A model generated the notes under the pieces. The model saw only the letters and a program-made list of their open reading frames with translations, searched no databases and was not told the DNA's origin. From Lama guanicoe (lineage: Eukaryota), in NCBI GenBank assembly GCA_013239625.1, contig MU053513.1:3888303-3952302 (forward strand): a stretch of 64,000 bases of DNA. The letters run 5' to 3'. The position numbers and the translations under genes were made by a program. Shown here one piece after another: positions 1 to 12,054 of the stretch. Numbering within the stretch: position 1 is the stretch's first letter; each line of letters opens with the position of its first letter.

Positions 1-814
1 TAGAGATTTCATGGTCACTTTCGGTTTACCATGGATGAAGATATTAATAACATTTTCTTTAAGGCGTTTGCTTTGAGTTACCTAAGAAACTCCTTAGTAA
101 CTAATAAAAAAGGACCAAAGAGTGAAAGAAATGTTCTGAAATATTTCTTCAGGTTAGGGTCGCTGGACTTCCCACATGTGGTAGCTGGTTTGTTGTCAGC
201 AACCATACTCCTCTGCCTGGCCACTGTGCAGAGCTGAGGAGAGCAATCTTATAGTCTGGCTGTGTGCTGCTATATCTGTTTGGAAGTCTGGTGGATGTGC
301 ATTCTTGTAAGCAATACACTCCAGCTCATAAGCTTATGCTCCTGTTGCTTGGTTTGGTTTGCTCTCTTAGTCATATGTCCCCAGCCAGTTGGCCTGGAAA
401 TGGCTAGAAAGGCCTATGAGAACTGCTGCTGACCATAGAGCATGGGGCAGTTTAGACTTTCCCTCCATAAAACAGAGATAATGGAAATCTGGCTACCCAG
501 AAGCAACCTTGCACAGCTGCCTCCCATCAAATTGCAGTCAGCTAATCCTACTGGAAGATTAGCTGTTAGAGACTGTTTAGGCAGATTATTGGATCAACAT
601 TTTCTGGCTTGTAGCCCTGCCAGGTGCTTCAAGTTTTGCCAGATTTACCAGAGATTTTTCCTCTGAGTGTTCCACCAGCCGTTGAACTCTGGGGACGTGG
701 ACTTTGAACAATAAAGCTTACTCCTTCAGCATTCTGTCAGTTGCAGGTGTTTTTCTGCTGTGTGTTTCTGGCCACAGTAGTTGCAGAGACATAGGTCCAT
801 CAAGGAGGAGGTTT

Positions 815-1010
815 TGTGTAATAGTTAGGAATATCTGCTGTGGAATTAAGCCAATCTGAATTTGAATCCTGGCTTTAACACCTACGAGTCCTGTGACTAG
901 TTTTCTCTTTTGTAAAGTGGGGTAGTGTCTTTTTTTTTATAGGTTGTGAAAAGGTTTAAGCTAGTAAATACATATAAAGGGTTTAACATAGTATCTGACA
1001 AATAAAAATC
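815..1010 (+). mobile_element. MIR SINE, decayed
   Basis: MIR-like core 'tttgaatcctggcttt...ctgtgact...tgtaaagtgggg...ataggttgtgaaaagg...tataaagggtttaacatagtatctgaca'. Confidence 0.6.
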
Positions 1011-1199
1011 CAAATTGTTCTGGGAAGTTTTGACATTGTCCTAATGACTTGATAAGTGGTATTGTTTGGGATAACACATGACGTTTTATCGAAGCCGTTG
1101 ATTAATCAGAATACTCCATTCCAGATGACATTAATTGTAATATAAATAAATTCTAGTTTCTGAACTTTTGCTTATGGTATCCTTTATTCAAACAATAAC

Positions 1200-1547
1200 T
1201 GTCCTAGTCTATTTGGGGTTCTATAACAAAATGTCATAGTCAGGCTAGCTTATAAATACCAGAAATTTATTTCTGGCAGTTCTGGAGGCTGAAAGTCTGA
1301 GATCTGGGTGCCACCATGGTCAAGTGAGGCCTTTCTTCTGGGTCGCAGACATCTTATATTCTCCCATGCTAAAAGTGGCTGGAGAGCTCTGTGGGGCCTA
1401 TTTTATAAGAGCACTAACGCTATTTATGAGGGCTCCATCCTCATGATCTAATCAGTTCCCTAAGGCCCCACCTCCTAACACCGTCACATTGGGCATTAGG
1501 ATTCCACCATGTGAGTTTTGGGGGAAACAAACATTCAAATCATGTCA
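1200..1547 (-). mobile_element. MaLR solo LTR, MLT1A-like
   Basis: Runs tgtcctagtc...aaacattcaaatcatgtca (reverse of the MLT1A consensus); flanked by a perfect 5-bp TSD ATAAC (1195-1199 / 1548-1552). Confidence 0.85.
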
Positions 1548-2136
1548 ATAACCGTTTAGTGAATTTGTAATATATCCCCAGATTAGGTGTTAGGAGGCAT
1601 ACAAAAGAAGCAGAAGAGTTGTATCAGAAGGCTATAATTCCTTTTTGGCTTTGTATGAAAAGCCAGTTAGCTTATGTCTAGCATTCTTTTGGTCTTGGAA
1701 TTTGGGGCAGTACTTTGATATTACACTAGACTTGAGGCATCATATTTCTCTTGGAGTTATAATCATACATAGAGCTTCCACGGTCATATCTACATACCTA
1801 AAAATATGGGACTCTCACTGGTTTACTTTGCAGTGATGAGCACTAAAGTACCTTCTGGGATATCAAAATATTTCTTGTTTCTAGTAAGATATTCTGGATA
1901 GTTGCAATCTTTTAATTTTCCTGCCTATTGTATTTCTAAAGCCATAGCAGGTGTTTTCTCTGCCGATGACAGAATATGACCAGACATTGAGTTTTTTTAA
2001 AAGTGGCTAGTGTGTGATATTGCAAAGATGAAAAAAAATCATCAGATATGTTACTTGTCATGAGAAATTAATCATTTTTTATAAACTCTGACTTTCAGTT
2101 TTTTTCTTTTTGTTATGACTACAGTTAATTGCAAGA

Positions 2137-2481
2137 TACTATGCATTAAATTTTGTGTCCCCCCAAAATTTATACCTAATGCCCACTATGATGGTATTAG
2201 GAGGTGGAGTTTGGAAATGATTAGATCATGAGGGTGGAGTCCTTATGAATTGGATTAGTGTTCTTAGAAAACCCACAGAGCTCCGTGGCCCCTTCCACTA
2301 TGTGAGGGCACAGAGAGAAGACAGTGGTTTTGTAACCCAGAAGTCTTTCACCAGAACTTGACCACACAGGCACCCTCCTCTTAGGCATCCATCCTCCAGA
2401 ATTGTTAGAAATCAATTTCTGTTGTTTATAAGCTACCCAGTCTGTGGTATTTTGTGATAGCAGCTTGAATGGACTAAGTCA
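2137..2481 (+). mobile_element. MaLR solo LTR, MLT1A-like
   Basis: 'tactatgcattaaattttgtgtccccccaaaattt...tttctgttgtttataagctacccagtctgtggtattttgtgatagcagcttgaatggactaagtca'; TSD not preserved. Confidence 0.85.
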
Positions 2482-2689
2482 ATGGCCAAATTTCTAGAGA
2501 TTTCCATGTACAAATGCTCCGCACTGTTTTGTGCTGTACGGACTGTTCTTGGAAGAGGCAAGTCCTGCGATTATCCATTTGATTCTAAACCCCATACCTC
2601 AAATTGAGCAAATTATTGAATTGGCTATAATATGTATACAGCCAATAGCTAAACGCAAGCCAAAACCTCAGTTCTTGAAATGCTTAGAT

Positions 2690-2912
2690 AATAACAATGG
2701 TAAATATTTGTGTTTATATGAAGCTTCAAGGTTTTCAAAATGTTCTCCACCTACCTTATTTATAAGTTAGCCTCATTTGATAATGAAAAAAATGCATGAG
2801 AAATTGGGACACAAAGAGGTTAAGTCACTTGCTTTAAGGTGCACAGCACGTCAATGGAGAAGGACTCAAACCTAACTATTCTGGCTGCAAATCTAGGTCT
2901 CTTTGCATTGTA
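2690..2912 (-). mobile_element. MIR SINE, decayed
   Basis: 'gaaattgggacacaaagaggttaagtcacttgctttaaggtgcacagc...ggactcaaacct' is the reverse MIR core. Confidence 0.55.
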
Positions 2913-5269
2913 TAGTCCAGCCCAGTAAAGTCTAGTAGCCATGCCTCTTTCTGTGAGTTAAGCTCCCTTTAGAATATGACTGATTAACACATGCCTTTGT
3001 AGTAGACTTTTAAAATGTGAACTGTTCTCTCAATTGGGCTTTTGCTTAGCTGGTGCAAAATCCACCATGGAATTATCTTGCCTGCCATGTGGAATATGAT
3101 GATGACGAATCACATTCCACATTGCTAGGCTTTTTACAGTGTACTTAAACTTCATTGGCTGTAGATCTATCTTTGAGAAAGGGGAATGTGAACAATACAC
3201 TGCAGAACACAAAACAGCTGTTAGATTTTCTTATTCCTAAACAAGCGTTGTTAAGCAAGAATTTAAAGATAAGAAAGAACATACCAGTAACAAGTTATGG
3301 AAGCTAGAAGCATTACAGTTACGTGAGTTAGCTCCTGAGGGTTGGTTGTTTTTGTGTACTTAAGTTTCTAGATGACCCTTGCGTTAAGTATATCCCAACT
3401 TGATCTAACTTGACTATGGTTTTTTAATACCATGTACAATGAAAAGTTTAGGCTAAAAATGAATGATTGTAACTTACAAATGGTATAATGGGGAAACACA
3501 CAGAGCCAAGATACTGAAGTGTTTTCTATTATTTATACTAAACAGTTATAGAAATTATATAGGTGTAGGATATAATGACTCTAAATTATATACTTTCTAT
3601 AATAGTCTTATTCAGTAACCTTTATCCTCCACTATGAATAGATCCTTTTCCAGAAGTGGATTGGGAGTAGGAAAAGAACCAAAAAGTTCAGATAGCCCTG
3701 AAATAGATGGTACTAGGCAGAGCTTACTACCCCCTTATTTTGAGGAAATATGCATTCTTTTCCCTCTGAATTAATAGAGGAAACATTTGTATGCCTTACT
3801 TTTTCTTAGCCATCTTTCATTGTTCTTGATAATGTGACTTGTATTTTAAGTAATTGAATACCAGATTTTTTCCCATCAATTAATTTCCTTGTATAGATAA
3901 CTGTGCAGAAACTGGTAGGATGCTTGGAGACAACTAGGATATGATAAACAGCTATCATTCCCTATAAAATAGATAATAAGTACTTTATCATGATGCTTGA
4001 ATACTATTGGACATACGCAATTGTGTAAGAATATTTACAAACATGCAAAAAGAGAAGAAAAGTATTTTTTAACTCTTTGCATCCCTTTTGGGAATATACA
4101 GATTTTCATGTTCCTTATAAGAAGGAACTTGTGAATAGTTATTCTAAAATAACACTTGAGATAAGTAAAGAGTAGATGTTCAAATTTTCAGGGCTCCTTT
4201 ATAGAAAAAGATGGAAGGAGAGCTGTTGACCAATTTAAGCACAGGTTTTTCCTTTCTTTTTTTTTCTAATTATGACTTTATACTGTTTATAAATAAATTT
4301 ATCATGCAAAATCAGAAGACATGCATATGCTTTTAGGTAAATATTTAAGACATAGCGTAAATTATAGCATTAGCGATTATCTAGTAAATTGGGGCTTTGC
4401 AGACAACCCAAATCAGTGTAGGCCAAGATCAAAAACAAAACCAAAAACACTCAATTGTTTAAATATGCAATAAAGTACACACTTGATTTAGCCTAACGAA
4501 CTTAAAATTCTAGGGTCCTTTTACCTGGTTTCCTCAGTTCTCTTTGTGGAGTCAAAATAAGCCTCTTCCTATCTTCATTAAAGACTGTGCTTAAAAATGA
4601 TGATGAAATTAAGAAGATTTTAAGAAAAATATTTTGCATATTCCACAAGGGAAGTTTGAAGACAAAATAAAAAACATTCTTAGCTCATAATTCCCTAAGA
4701 GTACCATGGGTATGTTTTCACTCAGCCAATATGATCATCAAAGAAGCCTGGGTTTTAATGAGATAGATATCTCAGAGATCAAATGATCGACAGAAACACT
4801 GTCTTTTCTTTCTGTGTCAGCCTTCAAAATTGAAGTATCTCCTGTACTTTTCTGTACTTTAAAAATGTACAAACATTACACGAAAACTGCTTTTACTGCC
4901 CATTAGGTCATGTCACTTATAGGTCGAGACATTATTTGTGCCATTAGCTATAGTGGCTGGAACATGTTTAAGATTTATTAAAAAATGTAAATAATCTGAA
5001 GATTGTAGTTATCATCAGCATTAATAAAGACTGATGATTTATTATTTCTTACCAGTTTTATTTAACCTAATTTCTCAGGAAACAGATAAGTGACAGAGGA
5101 AAGAGTTGTAACAAGATCATAGTACAAGAACGGCCTAAAGGTAATCCTTAGGAGGAAGAGGAGCCGTTGCTGTCACTACTCTGACTATAATTATCATTTT
5201 GTGCCAGAAACTTTTCTAGAGGGATTTTATTTTTATTTATTTATTTTGGTGCTTGTTCTGGGTTTATGA

Positions 5270-5433
5270 AATGGAAATAAGAGAGATCTTAGTTTTGGCC
5301 AACTCTGCCAGCTCTGTGAACGTGGACAGTGTATCACTGAGGCTCTCTGCATTTTGACTTTCTCACCTATAAAATTTGAGATCTGGACTGGGATCTCTAT
5401 GGCCCTTTCCAGCTTTAAAATTCTAGGATTCTA
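5270..5433 (+). mobile_element. MIR (MIR3-like) SINE
   Basis: Core 'ctttctcacctataaaat' and MIR3-type tail 'ccctttccagctttaaaattctaggattcta'. Confidence 0.55.
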
Positions 5434-6419
5434 ATCCAGTCACGGAGAAATAGGTGATCCCTTTTGATCAAGGCTAATTTCACACCTGCCTTTCTCTTCT
5501 AGGCTGGGAACCTCTCTCCCTCAGTTCACACACATACATTTTATTTTTCTTGCCCTTCCTTTGGCTCCTTTTCTGCCATCCATATACACATGTTCGCACC
5601 TTCCTATCTTTGATTTTTTCCCCCTAAATTTTCCCTCTTAGTTTAGTGTATGTATGTCGTAGGTGAGAAAGCCAATGTTAAAATTTTGTCCTGTAGTCTA
5701 AATTATAAATTAACAGTAACCCTTGGTGCAGTAGTGAGTCATTTCCCTAATGAAATTCAGTTGTTTTCTTTTTTCCAAGTTGTTTTATTGATAGTTCTCA
5801 GCATTCAGTCACTTCTTTCATGAATCTCAAAACGTTACAAACATGGCCCTCTTTAATCACCCTGAGAAAATGAAGCTTAGAGATAGAGTTTAACATGATG
5901 GGGGGAAAAATTAGTGTTTTTTTTTTTAATAAAAATGATGCCATATTATACATGCAAAAAATAAAATTCTAGAATTCTTGAAAAGACTAAAGAGGAGAAA
6001 AGAACATGAGGATTATAATCAGTTTTTAAGCGAAGTTTCAACCCCCCCCCCCAAATAACCTTTGGGAAGTAGTGGTCTTTAGGTTTACAAGATCCTGTCT
6101 ATAAATATGTGTATAAGGTGGAGGGCACTTCTACTGAGCACTTGGAAATGTTAGATGTCACTTTCTCCAGGAAGTTTTTCTTAAACACTCACCCTCCTGC
6201 ACACCTTTTAAAATGGATATTCATTCCCACCTCTGTGTTCCAGCTGCATCTTCTGTGTGCTTGTATTGTTATTGCATTGTACTCTCTTCTTCCTTCATCC
6301 CTTTATCTTCATCTCCAACTTTGTCGATAGATTTGCAGTTATCATATAATGGGAACTTGAGCTTTGCTGTTCCTCACTTTAATCTTTCTTTCATCCTTTT
6401 TTCTCTGCTTCACTGGCAT

Positions 6420-7380
6420 GCCTTCTTCCTCTTCTCTCCTGAGTCATGGTGTTTCCCAAGGTTGTGTCTTCCACAGTCTTCTCTTAATTTGCCCTTTTGC
6501 GATCCTGTGCGTCCACTGACTTAAACCGTCATCTTGTAAGTATGACTTTCTTATCTACATCTAGTTCTGACCTCTCAAATCAATTCCATCTTTACCTCTA
6601 AAACTGCTATCTGGAAATCTCCACTTAGCTGTGTTTTACTCACTTTGAACTCAGCACATCATTATCCTGGTCCTAGATCATCTTTTCCACACCTCCTTGT
6701 TTCTGATAATAAGTGAGAGTTCTTCCTACGTTGTTGTGAGACTCCTCCTGGAGCGCAGTTCTGATCATGTCGTTCCCATTGCTGATTCTGTATTTCATCT
6801 TCCTAAGCCTCAGTTTCCTCACCTTAGTGTGTTCTGAACGTTTGGATTCTGGTGACTGAAGGATATACTCATATGAAAGAGGCTAAACTTGGTGCCTGGT
6901 ATATGGTAGGTAAGCATTCCCTGTTAGACTTTCCCTTATTTAAACACCCTGTATTGTTTACAAAATAGAGCCCGCACTTCTCAGCCTGACATATAAACTC
7001 TCATCAAACTATCCCCTGAAAATTCTTCACTTTTTCTCATTTTTGCTCATTTTTTTCTCTTCTTCTGAAAGTTGACCCTTTATCATCTATACCAGCAGAA
7101 ATTCTAACCACCTTTCAAGACCCAGTGTAAGTGCTTTCTCTTCCATGAAAGGCTCCCTAACTCACATTTAGATGTGAATTCCTCTTTTCCTTTTCAACCC
7201 TTTCTCCACAATTTACAAATTGTGTCTTGCATTATAGGTGTGGATAATGTTGACATTTTTCTGTTAAAAGTTTAGGTTCATTTTGAGGGCTATCCTTATT
7301 CTTAACTTTTTTTTTTATAACCTTCACAGTGCTAATAGAAGACCTTCTCCGTAACAGACCCTCAAAAATATTTTTCAAAC
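6420..7380 (+). mobile_element. L2 LINE 3' region, fragmented, with an embedded MIR piece near 6800-6920
   Basis: Pyrimidine-rich L2 motifs 'tctacatctagttctgacctctc', 'atctccacttagctgtg...ttgaactcagcaca', 'cctttcaagacccagtgtaagtgctttctcttccatgaa'. Confidence 0.5.
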
Positions 7381-8109
7381 AACTTCTAATAGATAATCAG
7401 TGTGTTTTGTTTCTACTTTCAGATTCCTAAATGCTTCAGTGGGAAAAACTGATTGTGAAATATGATAGAGTTATGGGTCATGACTTTGCACAAATATGCT
7501 AAAACTACATTTGATTAGCTCATGCAGTAGTCTGATAGGGAAGGGGTATATGGTTTGTGCACTTTATGTGGTATTAGGAGAATGGGACCAGTCCTAGACT
7601 AAACATTTTCATAATCTTTCATTGACCTTCCTGGAGATAGACTGCTCAGTCTTTGCCATCTCTAATTATTGTAATTTTGTACTTAGAACACATGTGTTGT
7701 GTGGAAATCTCCGTGGCTTGTACTGCTTCCCATGCCCTGCTGGCAAGCACTGTAGGTAGTTGTTGAGGTTCCATTTTGCAAAGGCCACAGTTAAACTCAA
7801 AGTCGTTTTGAAGAGAATTCACGGGTCTACCCTGTCAAAGTAAAGGGGCAATTAAAGCAATTAAAATATCATATTCATGGAAACAAATTTTAAAAACCGA
7901 TAAAACCCATAATGTAACACCATTATTATTGAGGACAAGAAGAGGAGGGTGTGGGGGGTAGGAATGTGAAACCTATGAAGAGATGAAGAAAAACTACCCT
8001 GATTATTGTTTCTCAACTCTTAATCTGCCTTTCCCGGGGTACCCCTGGCCTATGATTCCTGGAGCCCTTTATACAAAGTTTGTATGTTCTTGGTTAGGAT
8101 GAAACTTTG

Positions 8110-8320
8110 GAACAGTGGAAAGAATGTTGGTTTTTGGCATCAGAGAAACTAGATTCAAGTTCTGGCTCTGGTGTTACTATGTGACCTTAGGCTAGTCACT
8201 TAATATCTCTGGTGCCTTAGTTTCTATCTGTAAAATGAAGCTGTTAATATCTGCCTCCAGTAGTTGTTATGATGATTGAGAATAATGTTGTTAAAACACT
8301 TCCAAATTATAAAGTGTTTT
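8110..8320 (+). mobile_element. MIR SINE
   Basis: 'gattcaagttctggctctgg...tgtgaccttaggctagtcacttaatatctctggtgccttagtttctatctgtaaaatg'. Confidence 0.65.
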
Positions 8321-8494
8321 GTGAGTAATCTCTCAGTGAAGGAGCTCTGATGACTCACTTCTGAAACCAGAAGAATGTTGGAAGCTTTTGGTTCTCACCT
8401 CGAGGCCTCTGCTCTTTTTTCTCTGTCTGCAACTCTCTTCTATTCTTTTCATTCTGCAAGTCTTAACTTTAAATATCCTCACTTCCTTGATCAT

Positions 8495-8894
8495 TGTATT
8501 AGTTTTCTAGGGCTGCTAAAATAAAGTAACCCAGATTGGGTGATTTAGACAACAGAAATTTATTTTCTCATAGTTCTTGAAGCTAGAAGTCTGAGATCAA
8601 GGGGTCAGCATGGTTGATTTCTGTTGGACTCCTCTCTCCTTGGCTTGCAGATGGTTGTCCTCAGCTGACTTCACATCCTCTTGTCTCTTTGACTGATTGT
8701 GTTCTAATCTCTCTTCTTATAGGGACACCAGTCATATTGAATTAGGGCCCCACTCATATGACCTCATTTTTCCTTAGTGACCTCTTTGGAGGCCCTGTCT
8801 TCAAATGCAGTCATATTTGGAAGTACTGAGGATTAGAATTCCAACATAGGAATTGGGGGGGGGGGTAGGCGGGGACACAATTCAGCCCATAACA
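8495..8894 (-). mobile_element. MaLR solo LTR, MLT1B-like, inserted in an L2 fragment (about 8400-9080)
   Basis: tgtattagttttctagggctgct...ggacacaattcagcccataaca; TG...CA ends; about 400 bp. Confidence 0.85.
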
Positions 8895-9084
8895 ACTACC
8901 TTACCAAAAGTACTTCCCCCATTTTCTATTCCTTTTATAGTGCTCATTTAAAATTATTTTATTTGTTTACTATTTTTGCCTGACTTTTTCACTTAAATGT
9001 AATTGTCATGAAGGCAGAAATTAGATATTATTACTTTTGTATCCTCAGCCTCTGGCAAGATGCCTTGCACAAGGTAAGTACCTG

Positions 9085-9260
9085 GTTTTATCACTTACTA
9101 GCCATGTAACTGTGGGCAAATAATTTAGCTCCTTTGTGCCTCAGTTTACTTAGTAAGATGGAGATCTTATGATTATGCACTTCCTATTACATTAGCACTT
9201 TTCAGTGCTTAGAATAGTACCTGACACATATAGAATGCTCAATAAATATTAGCCATTATT
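9085..9260 (+). mobile_element. MIR SINE
   Basis: 'cacttactagccatgtaactgtgggcaaataatttag...gcctcagttt...gtgcttagaatagtacctgacacata...gctcaataaatattagc'. Confidence 0.6.
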
Positions 9261-9996
9261 CTTGCTTTTCCACACATTTTTTGAAACAGTGAATGCATGA
9301 ATCAAGTGCCTTGTAAAAAATTTAAATATTTGTGAATTGAGATCCATGTGGCACTCTATTCACAAAGCAGTTTTCTTTTTCATTTCAGAATGGTATATTC
9401 TTCACTGAACACAGGAACAACCATAAAACCCCTTTGGTACATGAAGCTTTGTGATTCTAACTACATTCTCAGTGTCTTCTGTCCAGTCACTTTGACTACA
9501 CGCCTCAGGTCTCTATGGTGGGTGTGTCTTTGTGTACTTGCATTGGTGATGGTCTTTGTGTGTCTGTAGTTTTTTATTCTGGAAGTTGGAAAACAAGCAT
9601 GTCTCTAAGATAAAATGACCCTGGATTCCAGGAGAACTAGAGATCAACGGCCTAGCTCTAGCAGAGGATGACATGAGTTCACGGAAGTTGGGTTCCAGAG
9701 AGCTGTTGAGCAAGGAGTCAAGGGAACTGGTTCGGGAACTTGGCCTAGCTGGGGCCGAGAGCTTGGAGGAACAGAAAAGAGCCCCTTTTTTTTTGGATGT
9801 CTGGCCTGTTTCAGGAGAAAAAGCTGGAAGCTCAAAGAACTTATGTGATTCTTAATCGGACTGAGACCAGGAATGCCTGTATGCATCTACACCAGGATGG
9901 ATGGATCCAGACTGAGACGTCTCAAAATGATCTAATCAATTCAGAGATGCTCTGTGATTTACTACTTTGTAGGGCTCTGTAATTCTCTGCTTATAC

Positions 9997-10714
9997 TTTG
10001 GTTTTTTAACTACATCTGGACTGCAAATAAAAAAGGACCCATGTCAATCTTCACTTATAAGAAGGTAAATGAACTTATTATTTCACAGAAGATTTTCCTA
10101 AAATAAGTTGTTTATACAAGCATTCAAAACATAGTGAATTAATAATAATGGCTAATATATAGAGCATTTACAATGTGTCAGGCACTGTGGTAAGCACTTT
10201 CAATATTATCACATTTGATTATCACACATCTGTGAGATAGATAATGTATCACTCGAATTTAAAGAGAAAGAAACAGTCTCAGAGAAATGAAGCTGGTCAA
10301 GTTTACAGCTTATAAGTGGTAGAGCAGGATAGAAATTAGGTATATTTGCTTATAAACCTCTGTACTCTACTTACCTTCCAACTAGCCTTTATTATTTATG
10401 TCCCCAACTAGCATTTATCATGTATGTGCTAAATGGTATATGAATATTATAGCTTTTAATCTTGGCAACAGTTTTGTGTGTGTGGTATAATGTAATTATA
10501 ATTATAATTATAATTCCTAATTTTCCAGTGTGGATTCTGAGGCTTAGAGAGATTTGCCTAGAGGTTTCAATTTGTGAGATAGGATCATAAACAAAAATGC
10601 CAGGACTTCAAGTGAAAGCAGTAATAGTAAGAATTTTGCCTTATTGTCACAACCATATTTATAACTCATGTATCTTTTCTTTATTTGCAGTCCAGATGTA
10701 GTTAAAAAACCAAA
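9997..10714. repeat. Perfect 35-bp inverted repeat (arms 9997-10031 and 10680-10714, 648-bp spacer)
   Basis: TTTGGTTTTTTAACTACATCTGGACTGCAAATAAA is the exact reverse complement of TTTATTTGCAGTCCAGATGTAGTTAAAAAACCAAA. Confidence 0.95.
10140..10370 (-). mobile_element. MIR SINE (inside the inverted-repeat spacer)
   Basis: 'aataataatggctaatatatagagcatttacaatgtgtcaggcactgtggtaagcacttt...gaaacagtctcagagaaatgaag'. Confidence 0.65.
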
Positions 10715-12054
10715 AAACACAGTGCAGTTACCATAAATAGAAAGAAGGAGTCTTTGGATTAAGTAGTGGTAAATATCATACAGTTTTATTCAGTGTGAAG
10801 CATAGAGACTTCCACATAGGAATGCTTCCAACACTAACATAGCACATGTGCCTCTGAAGCCAGCTCTTTCTCAACCCTGAACAGCTTCTTATTTGGACAG
10901 TGCTGGCACTAAATACCATAACAGGAATGACTTTTGGCCACACTTTTTTAAGGGGAATAAGATGACCAAAAAAAAAAAGTGCATATGTAAAACAGAGATT
11001 TGGCAAATGGACGGTCCAATTCTTGACATCCCTACGGATTCACCCTCATTAAAATAAAAGTATATAGCTTTCCCCTTCATTTCTCCTAGGATGATCTCTG
11101 AATTCCCATGTTGAACAGAAAATGCTAAAATATCAACATCCCTATGAATTACTCGCTTACCCCAATAAACCCTGAAATTCAACCTCAGGATTCTGTAGTT
11201 ACAGACACACTGCTGTGGGCTTTCTTCTAACACATGACAGTCTCCATGCACACTAATGCTGCATGTTCATTCTCTCCGGAGGCTGTAAATAATCCTCTAT
11301 GGCACATGTGACTTTTTTTTTTAACTGCATAAGTAGACAAAAAGCTTTGGGAAAAAAATATGGGCTTTCTTCCCCCTTCATGAACTCTTTAGTCTGATTA
11401 TTGGACCCAAGATAAGCAAAACACAAGTGTGTTTGCTCTTAATTAAAGCTTTTTTCATAGTGTATCCAGAGGCACCATTTCAGAGTGTGCAAACCAGATG
11501 AGATGAATAGTAAGTACTGTGGTTTACTCCTTCTAAGATTATCTGTGCATTTTTGTTTTGAGAAGTTAATGTTAGGAACTTAAACAAGAATCCTTAATAC
11601 TTAGGGGAAAAGTGGGTATGCGTCTCAGTTGTTCTCAGGTATTTGTGTTTCCATAGCAAGGGCTTTACAGAGAAACTGCCATCTGGATTGGGAATGAGGG
11701 AAGGAATAGGAGCGTGTTCTCACCTACGAAGAGGTAAAGGTGTGATTCTTGCCCTTGAATTTCCTTAGCACTTTCTCAGTTCTTCTCATTTTTTTTGTCA
11801 TCAAAACACAGGGCTTCTGTTCCCAAGTGGGCTATAAATTCCTAGTCATATGTTTTTTGTGTGAATAAATAAAAATATAAAATTGATATTAGTCATTCCA
11901 GAAAACAGGATAGCTCAACAGGATCTCATAAAACTTGAAAATAAAGGCATCACTTTGCTTTTTAGATACAGTAACAAATGGAGGGAAAAGGTTCTTGTCT
12001 AGATTTAGTTTCAAAATCAGTCAGTGAAACACAAATAAGCAAATCATCTAGCAC

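Noticed and set aside
327..338. 12-bp palindrome CATAAGCTTATG, and short stems at 4759-4774, 43598-43621, 53967-53982, 62858-62888
   Set aside because: Short enough to arise by chance in 64 kb of AT-rich DNA; no supporting context.
8855..8874. Long G run as a functional G4
   Set aside because: Expansion of the G tract within the MLT1B LTR; homopolymer length is also error-prone.
9673..9855. Charged, helical-looking ORF (SKESRELVRELGLAGAESLEEQK)
   Set aside because: 60 aa, no splice context, no recognised homologue.
9997..10714. Intact DNA transposon or MITE defined by the 35-bp arms
   Set aside because: No TSD, termini unlike hAT, Tc1/mariner or piggyBac ends, and the interior is MIR debris. 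Kept as an unexplained inverted repeat instead.
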